Counted from the stretch's first letter, positions 19,489-29,691 are shown. The stretch: 64,000 bases of DNA from an uncultured Actinomycetes bacterium (GCA_963767005.1 CAVYCN010000018.1:1-64000); one strand, 5' to 3'. Notes: a model not told the origin generated them from the sequence alone. Made by a program: numbers and translations.

Positions 19489-20616
19489 TCACGAATGGTG
19501 GTAGCGCTCGTCGCGCGCGTAGCGCTCGGCCGCCCGGGCCACGGCGTCGCGGTCGAGCTCGATGCCCAGCCCGGCCGCCTCGAGCATCCCGATCCTGCCC
19601 GATAGCGGCGTGAGGTCGGGCGCCGTGACCAGGTCCTCGACCAGGAGCTGGTGCATGATCTGGTTGCCGTCCGTCAGGTTGGCCGTGCGCAGGCCCAGGT
19701 GGTGCTGGGCGCAGTCGGTGATGCCGCTCACGCTCTGGCCGTGCAGGCAGATCGGCACGCCGGCCGCCTCGGCGATCGCGGCGGCCTTGCCGAAGGCGAG
19801 CAGGCCGCCGGCCTCATGCGGCGAGAGGCAGATGGCGTCGGCGGCGCGCTCGCGGCAGACGTCGTAGACGTCGGTCGGCGTGAGCACCGCCTGGTCGGCG
19901 GCGATCGGCACGTCGACCGCCTCTTTGACCTGACGCAGGGCCGCGAGGCTCTGCAGCGGCGTGGGCTGCTCGACCCAGTCGAGCTCGTAGCGGCGCAGGC
20001 GGGCGATCATGGCGATCGCCTGGGCCACGTTCCAGGCGCCGTTTGGGTCGACGCGCAGGCGCAGATCGCCGATCGCGTCGCGCACGGCCGCCGTGTTGGC
20101 CAGGTCGGCCCGCTCGCCGCGCCCCACCTTGAGGTAGATCACGTCGTGGCCGGCCGCCGCCAGCGCCCGCGCGTGCGCGACGAGCTCGTCGGTGGTATCG
20201 CCCTGGACGAAACCGAAGTAGTCGACCTCGTCTCGTACGGCGCCGCCGAGCAGCCGGTGCAGCGGCCAGCCGGCCGCCTGCCCGAGGATGTCCCAGAGCG
20301 CCATCTCGAGGCCGGCGAGCACGAAGTTGGCATGCCAGGGCAGGTGGTTGAAGCTGCCCAGATGGCGCGCTTTGGTGACGAGGCGCTCGATGTCGAAGAC
20401 GGGCTCGCCGACGAACAGCGGCGCGACGCCCTGCAGCGCCGCCACCGTGCCCTCGGCCGGAAAGGCCGCCACCGACTCGCCCACGCCGGTCAGGCCCTCG
20501 TCGGTCGCGACCTCGACGAGCACGACCGGCGCCGCGTGATCGACACGACCGGCCCAGTGGTAGGGCTCCCTGAAGGCCAGCGCCAGCGGCGTGGTCCTGA
20601 CGGCGGTGATCTTCAC
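19489..20616 (-). CDS. Mandelate racemase/muconate lactonizing enzyme (enolase superfamily)
   Basis: N-terminal GLTGVGE and the metal-ligand motifs RVDPN, VEQP and AADQ. Confidence 0.88.
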   Translation of the reverse strand: MKITAVRTTPLALAFREPYHWAGRVDHAAPVVLVEVATDEGLTGVGESVAAFPAEGTVAALQGVAPLFVGEPVFDIERLVTKARHLGSFNHLPWHANFVLAGLEMALWDILGQAAGWPLHRLLGGAVRDEVDYFGFVQGDTTDELVAHARALAAAGHDVIYLKVGRGERADLANTAAVRDAIGDLRLRVDPNGAWNVAQAIAMIARLRRYELDWVEQPTPLQSLAALRQVKEAVDVPIAADQAVLTPTDVYDVCRERAADAICLSPHEAGGLLAFGKAAAIAEAAGVPICLHGQSVSGITDCAQHHLGLRTANLTDGNQIMHQLLVEDLVTAPDLTPLSGRIGMLEAAGLGIELDRDAVARAAERYARDERYHHS

Positions 20617-20917
20617 GGGCTCCTCCAGGTCGGGCGCGCGGGTCGCGAGGGCTGCTCGTACGTCGCCGTCAGTCCGACGATCGACTCCGTCCTCATCGCT
20701 CAGGCTGGCATGGCTTCGTCGCGCGCCTAGTCTAATCGGAAATACCGACGACTACCGCCCCGACGGGCCAGATGTTCGCTGCTCCCCTAAGCGAAGCGAC
20801 TATTCTGCCGCCGGTGCCGCTGTCCGCAAGATGAGAACCGGCGTCGCGGCACGCCCGCCACGGCCTGTCCCGCGGCCTGTTCGGCCCCTCGCTGCCTGGG
20901 TGATCGCCGCGCCCGCG

Positions 20918-21130
20918 TCAGCGGCGACCCTCACCCACGAGCCCGGCGAAATGCTCGAAGGAGCGATCGTAGGTGCGTTCGGCGGCCGCGTCGAACGCGC
21001 AGGCGGGCAGCTCGCGCATGGCGAGGTGAAAGCGCACGCACTCGCAGCAGGCGCCTTTGCGTGGGCACGGTTCGTACGTGCAGTTGCACGATGAGAGGTT
21101 GCGTTGCTGGTTGCAGTCCTTGCTGTCCAC
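20918..21130 (-). CDS. Small Cys-rich protein (DUF6485-like)
   Basis: CNCTYEPCPRKGACCECVRFH...LPAC...ERTYDRSFEHF. Confidence 0.7.
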   Translation of the reverse strand: MDSKDCNQQRNLSSCNCTYEPCPRKGACCECVRFHLAMRELPACAFDAAAERTYDRSFEHFAGLVGEGRR

Positions 21131-21337
21131 GGCTCGCTCGATTCGGTCGGCATCACGGCGACCGTGTCATGGTAGTGAACGCGGCCGCAGCACGCCACCC
21201 GCCAGGCGTGGCGGCGTGCGCCGCCGGGCGGCGGGCCGGCACGACGTTTTGCGGACCGCGACACTCGGAGTACCCTTGGCCGCAGTCTCGAGTCCACGGC
21301 CGCGACCGCGACGGCGGCCACATCGAACGGGGGCATC

Positions 21338-23707
21338 ATGGAGTACTCCTCCTTCCCGGTGCTTGTCGTCGACGACGACCTCAAGGCCGACACCGCCGCC
21401 GGACGCGCCGCCCGCGCCGTGATCGGCGAGCTCAAGGACCACGGCCTCGCCGTGATCGAGGCGGCGACCTACGACGACGGCGAGATGGTCCTGCGCTCAA
21501 ACCCGGGCATCGGCTGTCTCGTGCTGGAGTGGGGCTGCGAGGGCCCGGCCTGCGACGCCGGCGGCGACGGCCGCGCCCTCGACCTGATCCTGCTGGCCCG
21601 TTCACGCGGCCGCGACCTGCCGATCTTCGTCGTCACCGACCGGGTGCTGCTGGCCGACCTGCCCTACGACGCCCTGCGCGGCCTCACGGGCTACATGTGG
21701 AAGCTCGAGGACACGCCCCATTTCATCGCCGGCCGGGTCGCCTACGCGGTGCACACCTACGTCGACGAGCTGCTGCCGCCGTTCTTCGGGCGACTCGTCG
21801 AGTTCGCCGAGCACCACGAGTACTCGTGGCACACCCCCGGCCATACCGGCGGGACGGCCTTTCTGAAGACGCCCGTGGGCCAGAGCTTCCACAGTTTCTT
21901 CGGCGAGAACATGCTGCGCTCCGACCTGTCGATCTCGGTCGGCGAGCTGGGCTCGCTGCTCGACCACTCCGGCGTGGTCGGCGCCGCCGAGGACTACGCC
22001 GCCCGCGTCTTTGGCGCCGACTTCACCATGTTCGTGACCAACGGCACCTCGACGTCGAACAAGATCGTGCTGCACGGCTGCGTCACGCAGGGCGACGCCG
22101 TGCTGATCGACCGCAACTGTCACAAGTCGGTGCAGCACGGCCTGTCGATGACCGGCAGCATCCCCGTCTACCTGCGGCCGCTGCGCAACGGCTACGGCAT
22201 CATCGGCCCCATCTCGCTCGCCCAGCTCCAGCCGGCGGCAGTCGACGACGCGGTCGACGCCACACCACTGCGGCGCTACATGAACGACGGCCGGCCGGTG
22301 TATGCGGTGATCACGAACTCGACCTACGACGGCCTCTGCTACAACGTCGAGACCGTCGACCGCGCGCTGGGCGAACGCGTCGATCGCATCCACTTCGACG
22401 AGGCCTGGTTTGCCTACGCGCGCTTCAACCCGCTCTACGCCGGCCGCTACGGCATGTACCGCGAGCAGGGCGACACGAGCGGGCCGACCGTGCTCACGAC
22501 ACAGTCCACCCACAAGCTGCTGGCCGCGCTCAGCCAGGCGTCCATGATCCACGTGCGTCAGGGCCGCAGGCCGATCGACCGCGACCGCTTCAACGAGGCC
22601 TTCATGATGCACGCCTCGACCTCGCCCCAGTACGCGATCATCGCCTCGAACGACGTCTCGACCGCGATGATGGACGGCGCCTCGGGCCCGAACCTCACGC
22701 AGGAGAGCATCCAGGAGGCCATCGCCTTCCGCAAGACGATGGTGCGCGTCGGTCACGAGACCAGGCGACGCGGCGACGACGGGCCCCGCGGGCGCTGGTG
22801 GTTCGACGTGTGGCAGCCCGACACCGTGATCGACCCCGAGAGCGGCGAGGAGCGTGACTTCGAGGCCGTGCCCGACGAGGTGCTGGGCCGCGAACCGTCC
22901 TGCTGGACCCTCGCGCCCGACGCCGACTGGCACGGCTTTCCCGAGCTCACCGACGGCTACTGCATGCTCGACCCGATCAAGGTGACGCTGCTCACCCCGG
23001 GCATCGACTCGCGCGGCGCGCTCGCCTCGTGGGGCATCCCCGCCGAGCTCGTCTCGCGCTTCCTCGAGACGCGCGGCATCGTCGTCGAGAAGACCGGCGA
23101 CTACACGATGCTGTTCCTGTTCTCGATCGGCATCACGCGCGGCAAGTGGGGCACCCTGGTCGACGCGCTGTTCGACTTCAAGAGCCTGTACGACGCCGCC
23201 GCACCCCTGCGCGACGTCTTTCCCGACCTCGTGCGCGCCCATCGCGAGCGCTACGGCCGGCTCACCCTGCCGCAGCTCGGCGACGAGATGCACGCCTACC
23301 TGGTCGAGTCGGACCTGCCGCGCAAGCTCGAATTCGCCTACGAGACGCTGCCCGAGCCGGTCATGCCGCCCGACGTCGCCTACGAGAACCTGGTGCGCGG
23401 CAAGGTCGAGATGACGGCGCTCGCCGACATGACCGGCCGCGCCTCGGCCGTGATGGTCGTGCCCTACCCACCCGGCATCCCGATCCTCATGCCGGGCGAA
23501 CGCGTCGACGACACCACGGTCGCTTACCTCGACGCCCTGCAGACCTTCGACCGCCGCTTCCCCGGCTTCAGCCACCATGTGCTCGGCGTCGCCCTGACGA
23601 GCGACGACGACACCGGCTACCGGGTGAGCTGCCTGCTGCCCGACGCCGCGACGGTGGCCGGCGGCAGCGCCGCGGCGCGACTCAAGGACACGGCGCTCGA
23701 GGAGTAG
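21338..23707 (+). CDS. PLP-dependent Orn/Lys/Arg decarboxylase (AdiA/LdcC-type) with N-terminal wing domain
   Basis: WHTPGH, NGTSTSN, DRNCHKS, HFDEAW, QSTHK (PLP Lys) and PYPPGIP. Confidence 0.93.
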   Translation: MEYSSFPVLVVDDDLKADTAAGRAARAVIGELKDHGLAVIEAATYDDGEMVLRSNPGIGCLVLEWGCEGPACDAGGDGRALDLILLARSRGRDLPIFVVTDRVLLADLPYDALRGLTGYMWKLEDTPHFIAGRVAYAVHTYVDELLPPFFGRLVEFAEHHEYSWHTPGHTGGTAFLKTPVGQSFHSFFGENMLRSDLSISVGELGSLLDHSGVVGAAEDYAARVFGADFTMFVTNGTSTSNKIVLHGCVTQGDAVLIDRNCHKSVQHGLSMTGSIPVYLRPLRNGYGIIGPISLAQLQPAAVDDAVDATPLRRYMNDGRPVYAVITNSTYDGLCYNVETVDRALGERVDRIHFDEAWFAYARFNPLYAGRYGMYREQGDTSGPTVLTTQSTHKLLAALSQASMIHVRQGRRPIDRDRFNEAFMMHASTSPQYAIIASNDVSTAMMDGASGPNLTQESIQEAIAFRKTMVRVGHETRRRGDDGPRGRWWFDVWQPDTVIDPESGEERDFEAVPDEVLGREPSCWTLAPDADWHGFPELTDGYCMLDPIKVTLLTPGIDSRGALASWGIPAELVSRFLETRGIVVEKTGDYTMLFLFSIGITRGKWGTLVDALFDFKSLYDAAAPLRDVFPDLVRAHRERYGRLTLPQLGDEMHAYLVESDLPRKLEFAYETLPEPVMPPDVAYENLVRGKVEMTALADMTGRASAVMVVPYPPGIPILMPGERVDDTTVAYLDALQTFDRRFPGFSHHVLGVALTSDDDTGYRVSCLLPDAATVAGGSAAARLKDTALEE

Positions 23708-23749
23708 GAGCCGGGGATCGGCGGATCGACGGCGCGAGGACGCGCAGCC

Positions 23750-24628
23750 TCACCGCGCGACGACGTACATCGCCTCGACCACGGGAAGCTTCTTGCGGCC
23801 CCCGTCGGCGAGGTCGATCCACGTGCGTCCTCTGCACACGCCCCAGACGGTCACGAGTTGACCGCCGGACACGTCCTTCTCCTCCCAGACAAAAGCGACG
23901 ACGACCTGGTCCGGCATGTCGCCCGCTTCGAGGTTCGGCGACATCTCCAGATACGTCGTGGGCTGGATGCCGGGAAAACCCTTGTAGTACCAGCCCGCGC
24001 CCGCGTCGTAGACGGCGTCGACCACGCCGTTCAGGCGCACGCGGCGGCCGATCAGCGTGGAGACCTGACCCCTGAGGGCGGGCAGGCTCAGCGCCCGGCA
24101 GGTGTGCTCCCACGCGCTTCGATCGGCGGCCGTCTCATCGGGCCCCCGCTCGTACACGAGCTTTCCGGCTGGCTGGGATGCCGCGGTGGTCCCGCTCGAA
24201 GTGCTCGAGTGGGAGGTGAGCGACGCCGACAGGAACACGCTCAGAGCGACCGCGACGACGACGACGATGACGACCCCGATCGCAAGTGCGGCGAGCAGGG
24301 GTCTGGGCCGGCGCGCGGCCCGACCCGACTGGCGCGGTCCGCCACCCCACGGGAGCGACGTCCAGGATGGGTACGACGCAGGTTCCGCGGGCGGCGGAGC
24401 CTGTCGCGCCACGGCCGGTGCCGGGCGCTGCGCAGCGACCGATGCCGCACGCTTTGTCCCGCCCGGTGCCGCGCCTTGCGCCGCGCGCGCCTGGACCGAC
24501 CGCGCCCCGACACGCATCGACGACGCGGCGCTGAGCGACGCCGCAAAGCCGCTCGCCCCGGGCAGGCTCGTCCTTGGGTCCCAGCCGGTCGGCGAGGCCG
24601 GCGGCGAGGCCGGAGTGACGGCCGCCAT
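23750..24628 (-). CDS. Hypothetical single-pass membrane protein
   Basis: Low-complexity N-terminus, one TM helix and a beta-rich C-terminal domain; start uncertain. Confidence 0.5.
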   Translation of the reverse strand: MAAVTPASPPASPTGWDPRTSLPGASGFAASLSAASSMRVGARSVQARAAQGAAPGGTKRAASVAAQRPAPAVARQAPPPAEPASYPSWTSLPWGGGPRQSGRAARRPRPLLAALAIGVVIVVVVAVALSVFLSASLTSHSSTSSGTTAASQPAGKLVYERGPDETAADRSAWEHTCRALSLPALRGQVSTLIGRRVRLNGVVDAVYDAGAGWYYKGFPGIQPTTYLEMSPNLEAGDMPDQVVVAFVWEEKDVSGGQLVTVWGVCRGRTWIDLADGGRKKLPVVEAMYVVAR

Positions 24629-24748
24629 CGACGGCCCCCCGGGCGGCGTGACCGGCGTCGGCGGACTGACGGCGTCCGGCGGCGTCGGAGCCCATCCCCC
24701 GGATCTCTTCTTCGAGCTCGCCGTCGTCCCCCCGTCGCCCGTCTGCCC

Positions 24749-26002
24749 TCAGGCTCCCGAGAAGTAGCCTCGGGAGTCGAGCCGGAACGTGTGCGCGAAG
24801 TCGCTCGCCGAGAGGCTGCGGACGAGTGTGAGTGACTGACCCGTGCCGTCCACCGCGGGCACCCCGGGTGAGACGACCCGCAGCGCGAGCCAGCGTCCGC
24901 CGACGATGCGACCGGTCTGCGTGACCTTCACGGTAAGCAGGCCGGAGAGGCTCAGGTCGCCGCCGAGGCCGAAGTTGTGCCAGCCGGCAAAGTTGCCGAG
25001 CGAGTAGGCGATGAGGCGGTCGCGATAGCGCTCGATGCCACGAATGACGTGCGGGCCCGAGCCGAGCACGAGGTCGGCGCCCGCATCGACCATGGCGTGG
25101 GCGAAAGCGCGCACGTCGCCGCGGTCCTCGCCGAGGAAGTACTGGGTGCCGGACGGTGTATGGGTCTGGTCGGCGCCCTCGGCGCCGGCGTGCATGAGCA
25201 CGATCACGACATCGGCCTCGGCGGCCGCGCGACGCACGAGCGCCGCCGCTTCAGGGATGTCGTTCAGCGGCGCGCTCCACGGATAGGGCGAGAAGCCCAT
25301 GACCGCCACCCGCACGCCGCGCACCTTGACGATCGTGATCGTGTCGGGCGGTCCCGCATACGCGACGTGCGCCTTCTTGAGCGCGGCCTGGGTCTGCAGA
25401 TAGCCGCGCTGCAGGTAGTCCATGCTGTGATTGTTGGCCATATTGACGAGGTCGATGCCCGACCAGGCGAGCGCCCCGACATACGACGGCGGCGCCTGGA
25501 AAGCGTAGCAGGTGCCGGCCGAGCTGCCGGAGCATTTCGACGGCCCGGCCGTGGAGTACGTACCCTCGAGGTTGGCGATCATCAGGTCGGGTTTGCGCAG
25601 CCAGGCCGGCAGGCCACCGAAGAGGGCCCGGCCACCGTCGGGTGCGAGGCCGTACATCGAGCCCGGCGTCGTGTCGCCCACCCAGCCGATGGTGATGACG
25701 GTCGGCGGCAACGCGGGCGACGGCGTGCCGGGCGATGACCTCGGCGACGGGCCGGGCGAGCCCGAGGTGCTCGCCGACGGCGGCGCGGTGCCGGCGGCGA
25801 GGGCGGGTGCGCCGCCGCCGCTCGAGCCGCTCGTGCCCGTCAGAGTCCCGGCCAGCCCCCAGGCGGCGGCGACCGCGGCGACGACGACGAGCGCCGCCAC
25901 GAGCGCGAGCAACGCGGCGCGCCGACGCCGCCCCTGCTGCCCGGCCCGGTGCGGGCGGCCCGCCGCGCGGCCCTCGTTCCGATCAGGCGTTCTCCCCGGC
26001 AT
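24749..26002 (-). CDS. CapA/PGA_cap-family metallophosphatase-like protein
   Basis: WVGD, ANLEG, ANNHSMDY, GSGPHV and YSLGNF motifs; N-terminal TM anchor. Confidence 0.87.
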   Translation of the reverse strand: MPGRTPDRNEGRAAGRPHRAGQQGRRRRAALLALVAALVVVAAVAAAWGLAGTLTGTSGSSGGGAPALAAGTAPPSASTSGSPGPSPRSSPGTPSPALPPTVITIGWVGDTTPGSMYGLAPDGGRALFGGLPAWLRKPDLMIANLEGTYSTAGPSKCSGSSAGTCYAFQAPPSYVGALAWSGIDLVNMANNHSMDYLQRGYLQTQAALKKAHVAYAGPPDTITIVKVRGVRVAVMGFSPYPWSAPLNDIPEAAALVRRAAAEADVVIVLMHAGAEGADQTHTPSGTQYFLGEDRGDVRAFAHAMVDAGADLVLGSGPHVIRGIERYRDRLIAYSLGNFAGWHNFGLGGDLSLSGLLTVKVTQTGRIVGGRWLALRVVSPGVPAVDGTGQSLTLVRSLSASDFAHTFRLDSRGYFSGA

Positions 26003-26130
26003 CAGACTCCTAGTCTATGCTCCCCTCCCTGGGCCTGCTCGCCGGCTGCGAGCACGAGCCCTCAGGCACGCTCCTTCAGGGCGTTCACGAACGCGCAGCA
26101 GGAGAACAGGAAGAGCGCCTGGGGGCAGGC

Positions 26131-26212
26131 GTCGCTGCCGGTAGCGACGGCGGCGACAGAAATCGCCAGTGGTAGCGGCGGCACTGTCAGACATCGCTGG
26201 TGGTAGCGGCGG
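26131..26212 (-). repeat. Degenerate ~31-bp tandem copies of the tRNA-Met 3' end
   Basis: TGGTAGCGGCGG occurs at 26170 and 26201, and GGTAGCGACGGCGG at 26140. Confidence 0.5.
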
Positions 26213-26277
26213 GAGGACTCGAACCTCCGACACGCGGATTATGATTCCGCTGCTCTGACCAGCTGAGCTACGCCGCC
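26201..26277 (-). tRNA. tRNA-Met(CAT), elongator type
   Basis: GGCGGCG...CGCCGCT ACCA; anticodon arm GCGGA-ATCATAA-TCCGC. Confidence 0.93.
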
Positions 26278-26523
26278 ACCGGGTCTCGCACGCTCGCGCC
26301 CCCCGCGCGCCCGCGAGGCGCGCTGCAAGCCGCTGCGAGGGCTCCCCATGCTAGCAGACTCGTCGCCCAGCCTCAATCGCTCCGCCGTCTCGAACCAAGC
26401 CGCCCGAGAAACAGACCATCTCCCAGTCCAACAACAAGCGGTAGGTCCACTTTCACTTTGCCATTCTGTACAAGGGCCAGGATTGATCTTCAGACGTCGC
26501 GCTGTCGTCGAATTCGCGAAACT

Positions 26524-26548
26524 TGGCTATAATGTGCACAGCATCACA
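26524..26548 (+). promoter_or_regulatory. Consensus -10 box overlapped by a CRP/FNR- or Rex-like palindrome
   Basis: TGGCTATAAT followed by TGTGC-N6-TCACA (26533-26548). Confidence 0.45.
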
Positions 26549-26603
26549 AATTGCCCGGCGCCACCACACGAGGGCGCCGGCAGCGACCACCAGGAGGGAG
26601 ACC

Positions 26604-26792
26604 ATGCGCAGGGCCCGAGCGCTCCGCTCACGACCCCACGCGCCGCGCGGCGGCGAGGCGTACGCCATCGCCTTTCTCGACGACCCCCGCCTCTTCCCCC
26701 TGTCCGACGGGCCGCTGCGTCACGCGCGCGCCGCCCTGCGCAACGCCTTTCCCGCCGACGCTGTACGCGTCCTGCATCCCAAGGTGCCCTGA
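26604..26792 (+). CDS. Hypothetical small protein (62 aa)
   Basis: AGGAGGGAG RBS and a promoter upstream; no recognisable family. Confidence 0.4.
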   Translation: MRRARALRSRPHAPRGGEAYAIAFLDDPRLFPLSDGPLRHARAALRNAFPADAVRVLHPKVP

Positions 26793-27005
26793 CAGCGCAG
26801 ACCCGCCGCCGGATGCCCCCTCCGGCGGCCCCCTTCAGGGCCGGCGCGGCCGGCCCCGCAGGCCGGCCGCGCCCACTGCACCGTGCGCCCCTCAGCCACG
26901 AGCGTCGTGCAGCGTCCCGAGGGTCGAGGCGCGTGGGGCGACTTCATACGACCGTATCCCGACATGGCGTCGCGCAACGAGCCGACGCGCAAGGAGTTGA
27001 GAGAG

Positions 27006-27149
27006 ATGACGACCACCCAGACGACCCGACTGCCCTGGCTGTTCTTCGTGGGCCCCGACGGTGTCGTGCGCACCTCGCGCAACACCGATCAGAAGACCAC
27101 CCAGGCCGCCCTCGTGGGGCACGGCCTCGCCGATCGCCTGGTCCGCTAG
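27006..27149 (+). CDS. Hypothetical small protein (47 aa)
   Basis: AAGGAG RBS and GC3-rich codons; MTTTQTTRLPWLFFVGPDG... Confidence 0.45.
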   Translation: MTTTQTTRLPWLFFVGPDGVVRTSRNTDQKTTQAALVGHGLADRLVR

Positions 27150-27382
27150 GCGCGCACCGCAGCCACGCCTGCCTGAAGCGACGACGAGCAAGTCGCTCGT
27201 CGGCCCAGCCCCCCACTGCGAGCCGAAGCTCCTTCAGGCACGCCGGTATCGCGTACACGCGGCGGGCGGCCGGTCGCAAGACCAGCCGCCCGCCGCGCTT
27301 CTTCGAGCCTCCGCCCGGGCTCTTCGGGCGGTCCTCACGAGTTGAAGCCCGGGGCCATTTCGAGTACCATGCTCAGGCTCCC

Positions 27383-27467
27383 GGGGGAGTGCCCGAGTGG
27401 TTAAAGGGGGCGGACTGTAAATCCGTTGGCTCAGCCTACCTAGGTTCAAATCCTAGCTCCCCCACCA
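27383..27467 (+). tRNA. tRNA-Tyr(GTA)
   Basis: Long variable arm, anticodon loop CTGTAAA and CCA end; TTGAAG-17-TACCAT promoter upstream. Confidence 0.95.
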
Positions 27468-27471
27468 GCAG

Positions 27472-27547
27472 GCCCGGTTAGCTCAGCAGGCAGAGCACCT
27501 CCATGGTAAGGAGGGGGTCCGCGGTTCGAATCCGCGACCGGGCTCCA
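27472..27547 (+). tRNA. tRNA-Thr(GGT)
   Basis: GCCCGGT...ACCGGGC TCCA; anticodon arm CCTCC-ATGGTAA-GGAGG. Confidence 0.95.
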
Positions 27548-27790
27548 CGTCACCCGCCGGCCTCCGGCCTCGGCCCCGCATTTCCCCCCGCCTCGGCCCC
27601 CGTGCTCTGCGGCGCTTCGTCGCGGGCCCCCCGCGGGCCTGAGCTGCGGCGATCCGGCTGCCTGTCGACGACCGTATTCGGAACCGCTCTGTCCATTAAT
27701 GCGACTGAATCTGAACAATTCGTCTAGATGTGGTTTCCTTTCGGTCACCTTGCTGGTATCATGACGATGGTAGGAGAGGACGTCACCGGG

Positions 27791-28378
27791 ATGGGAAGCG
27801 ACGAGATGACCGAACGACTCGTACGACACGGCTCCGCCCCGTTCGGCACGGTCACGCTCGACGTCCTCGACCGTCGCATCATCCAACTCCTGCGCTACGA
27901 CGGCCGCCGCAGCTATGCCGACATCGCCCGCCTGGTCGACGTCTCCGAACCCACCGTGCGCAAGCGCGTCGACCGCCTGGTGCGGACCGGCGCCATCTAT
28001 GTGGTCGCCCGCGTCAACCCCGCCGCGATCGGCTTCGCGATCGACGCCATGGTCGGCATCCGGGTGAAGCGCGGGACCGTGCAGAGCGTCGGCACCCGTC
28101 TCGCGGCCATGGACAACGTCGCGTACGTCGGCTACATGACCGGCGGCTTCGACATCTTCATCGAGGTCTTCCTGCCCGACACCGAAGGGCTGTTCTCGTT
28201 CCTCAACACCGACCTCGCCGAGATCGAGGAGATCACTCACGCCGAGGCCTGGCACGTGCTGCGCACCGAGAAGTTCAGCTATACGTGGGAGGGCGAGAAC
28301 GTGCCGGCCGGCCCGGCGGTCTCGGCGCACGAAGCGCCACCCACACGACCTGCAGACGACCTCCACAAAGGAGCGTGA
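27791..28378 (+). CDS. Lrp/AsnC family transcriptional regulator
   Basis: LDVLDRRIIQLLRYDGRRSYADIA HTH plus a RAM domain (MTGGFD); start uncertain. Confidence 0.9.
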   Translation: MGSDEMTERLVRHGSAPFGTVTLDVLDRRIIQLLRYDGRRSYADIARLVDVSEPTVRKRVDRLVRTGAIYVVARVNPAAIGFAIDAMVGIRVKRGTVQSVGTRLAAMDNVAYVGYMTGGFDIFIEVFLPDTEGLFSFLNTDLAEIEEITHAEAWHVLRTEKFSYTWEGENVPAGPAVSAHEAPPTRPADDLHKGA

Positions 28379-28579
28379 GCGACGATGAAACGACGCACCA
28401 ACCCCTTCGCCCCGGCACCGGTCATGGACTACGTGTACCGGCTCTCCTACTTCGGCGTGCCATCGTTCCTGCTCCGCCGCCGCAGCTCCTGACCGCGTGC
28501 GGGCGGCCCGCTTGCGGGCCGCCCGCACGCGTCGCGGCACAGGGGCCGCGGGCCTGCTGCCCGCGACCCCTGTGCCGTT

Positions 28580-29680
28580 TCAGCTCGTCGCGCCGGCGAG
28601 CGACCCGGCGGAGCGCGGCTGCGGCGCCTCGAGCGCGGCCAGCACGGCGTCGCCCATCTCCTCGGTCGTCGAGACGCCATCCAGGTCGGGGGTCCGCACG
28701 ACGCCATCGGCCAGCACCCGTTCGATCGCCCGCATGAGCGCCGCGGCCCAGTCGTCGTGCCCGAGGTGCTCGAGCATCATCGCCGTGCTCCACAGCGAGC
28801 CGATCGGGTTGGCCTTGCCCTGACCGGCGATGTCGGGCGCCGATCCGTGGATCGGCTCGAACATCGACGGAAAGGCACGCTCGGGGTTGAGGTTGGCGCT
28901 CGGCGCGAAGCCCATGCCGCCCATGATCGCCGCGCCCAGATCGGTGAGGATGTCGCCGAACAGGTTCGACGCCACGACGACGCCGAAGCGCCCGGGGTCC
29001 ATCACCATGAACATGGCGGCGGCGTCGACCAGCAGGCGCTCTGTGGCCACCGACGGGTAGTCGGCCGCGACCTCGTCGAAGACCTGGTCCCAGAACACGG
29101 CCGAGTAGTTGAGGGCGTTGCCCTTGCTGATGCTCGTCACCGAGCGGCCCTCACGCGCCGCGAGCTCGAACGCCCAGCGGATGACGCGCTCCGTGCCGTG
29201 GCGCGAGAACACCGCGGTCTGCAGGGCGACCTCGCGCGCGCTGCCCTCGTAGAGGCGAGCGCCGACGCCGGCGTACTCGCCCTCGGTGCCCTCGCGCACG
29301 ACGATCATGTCGATGTCGGCCGCGGTGCGACCGGCGAGCGGCGTCTCGATGCCGGCCAGCAGGCGCACGGGGCGCAGGTTGATGTACTGATCGAAGCCCT
29401 GGCGGATGCGCAGCAGCAGCTCGTGCAGGGTGATGTGGTCCTTCACGAGCGGCGAGCCGATCGCACCGAACAGCAGCGCGTCGTAGGAGCTCAGGATCTC
29501 GAGGCCGTCGGGCGGCATCATCTCGCCCGACCGCAGGTAGGCGGTCGCGCTCCAGGGGAACTCATCGAAGGCGAAGCCGAGCCCCGGGTCGAGCGCGGCC
29601 ATGCGCTCGAGGATCTTGCGCGACTCGCGCACGACCTCGGGTCCGACGCCGTCGCCGGGGATGACCGCTATCCTGTCCAT
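28580..29680 (-). CDS. Tartrate dehydrogenase / D-malate dehydrogenase (decarboxylating), DmlA/TtuC-like
   Basis: IPGDGVGPEV, DHITL...FDQYINLRPVRL, NLFGDILTD and PSMFEPIHGSAPDIAG. Confidence 0.85.
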   Translation of the reverse strand: MDRIAVIPGDGVGPEVVRESRKILERMAALDPGLGFAFDEFPWSATAYLRSGEMMPPDGLEILSSYDALLFGAIGSPLVKDHITLHELLLRIRQGFDQYINLRPVRLLAGIETPLAGRTAADIDMIVVREGTEGEYAGVGARLYEGSAREVALQTAVFSRHGTERVIRWAFELAAREGRSVTSISKGNALNYSAVFWDQVFDEVAADYPSVATERLLVDAAAMFMVMDPGRFGVVVASNLFGDILTDLGAAIMGGMGFAPSANLNPERAFPSMFEPIHGSAPDIAGQGKANPIGSLWSTAMMLEHLGHDDWAAALMRAIERVLADGVVRTPDLDGVSTTEEMGDAVLAALEAPQPRSAGSLAGATS

Positions 29681-29691
29681 GCCTCTCTCCT

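Noticed and set aside
26201-27547. Possible tRNA-Pyl among the tRNAs next to the methyltransferase locus
   Set aside because: The anticodons are CAT, GTA and GGT. I saw no CTA-anticodon tRNA or pylSBCD gene in the window by eye.
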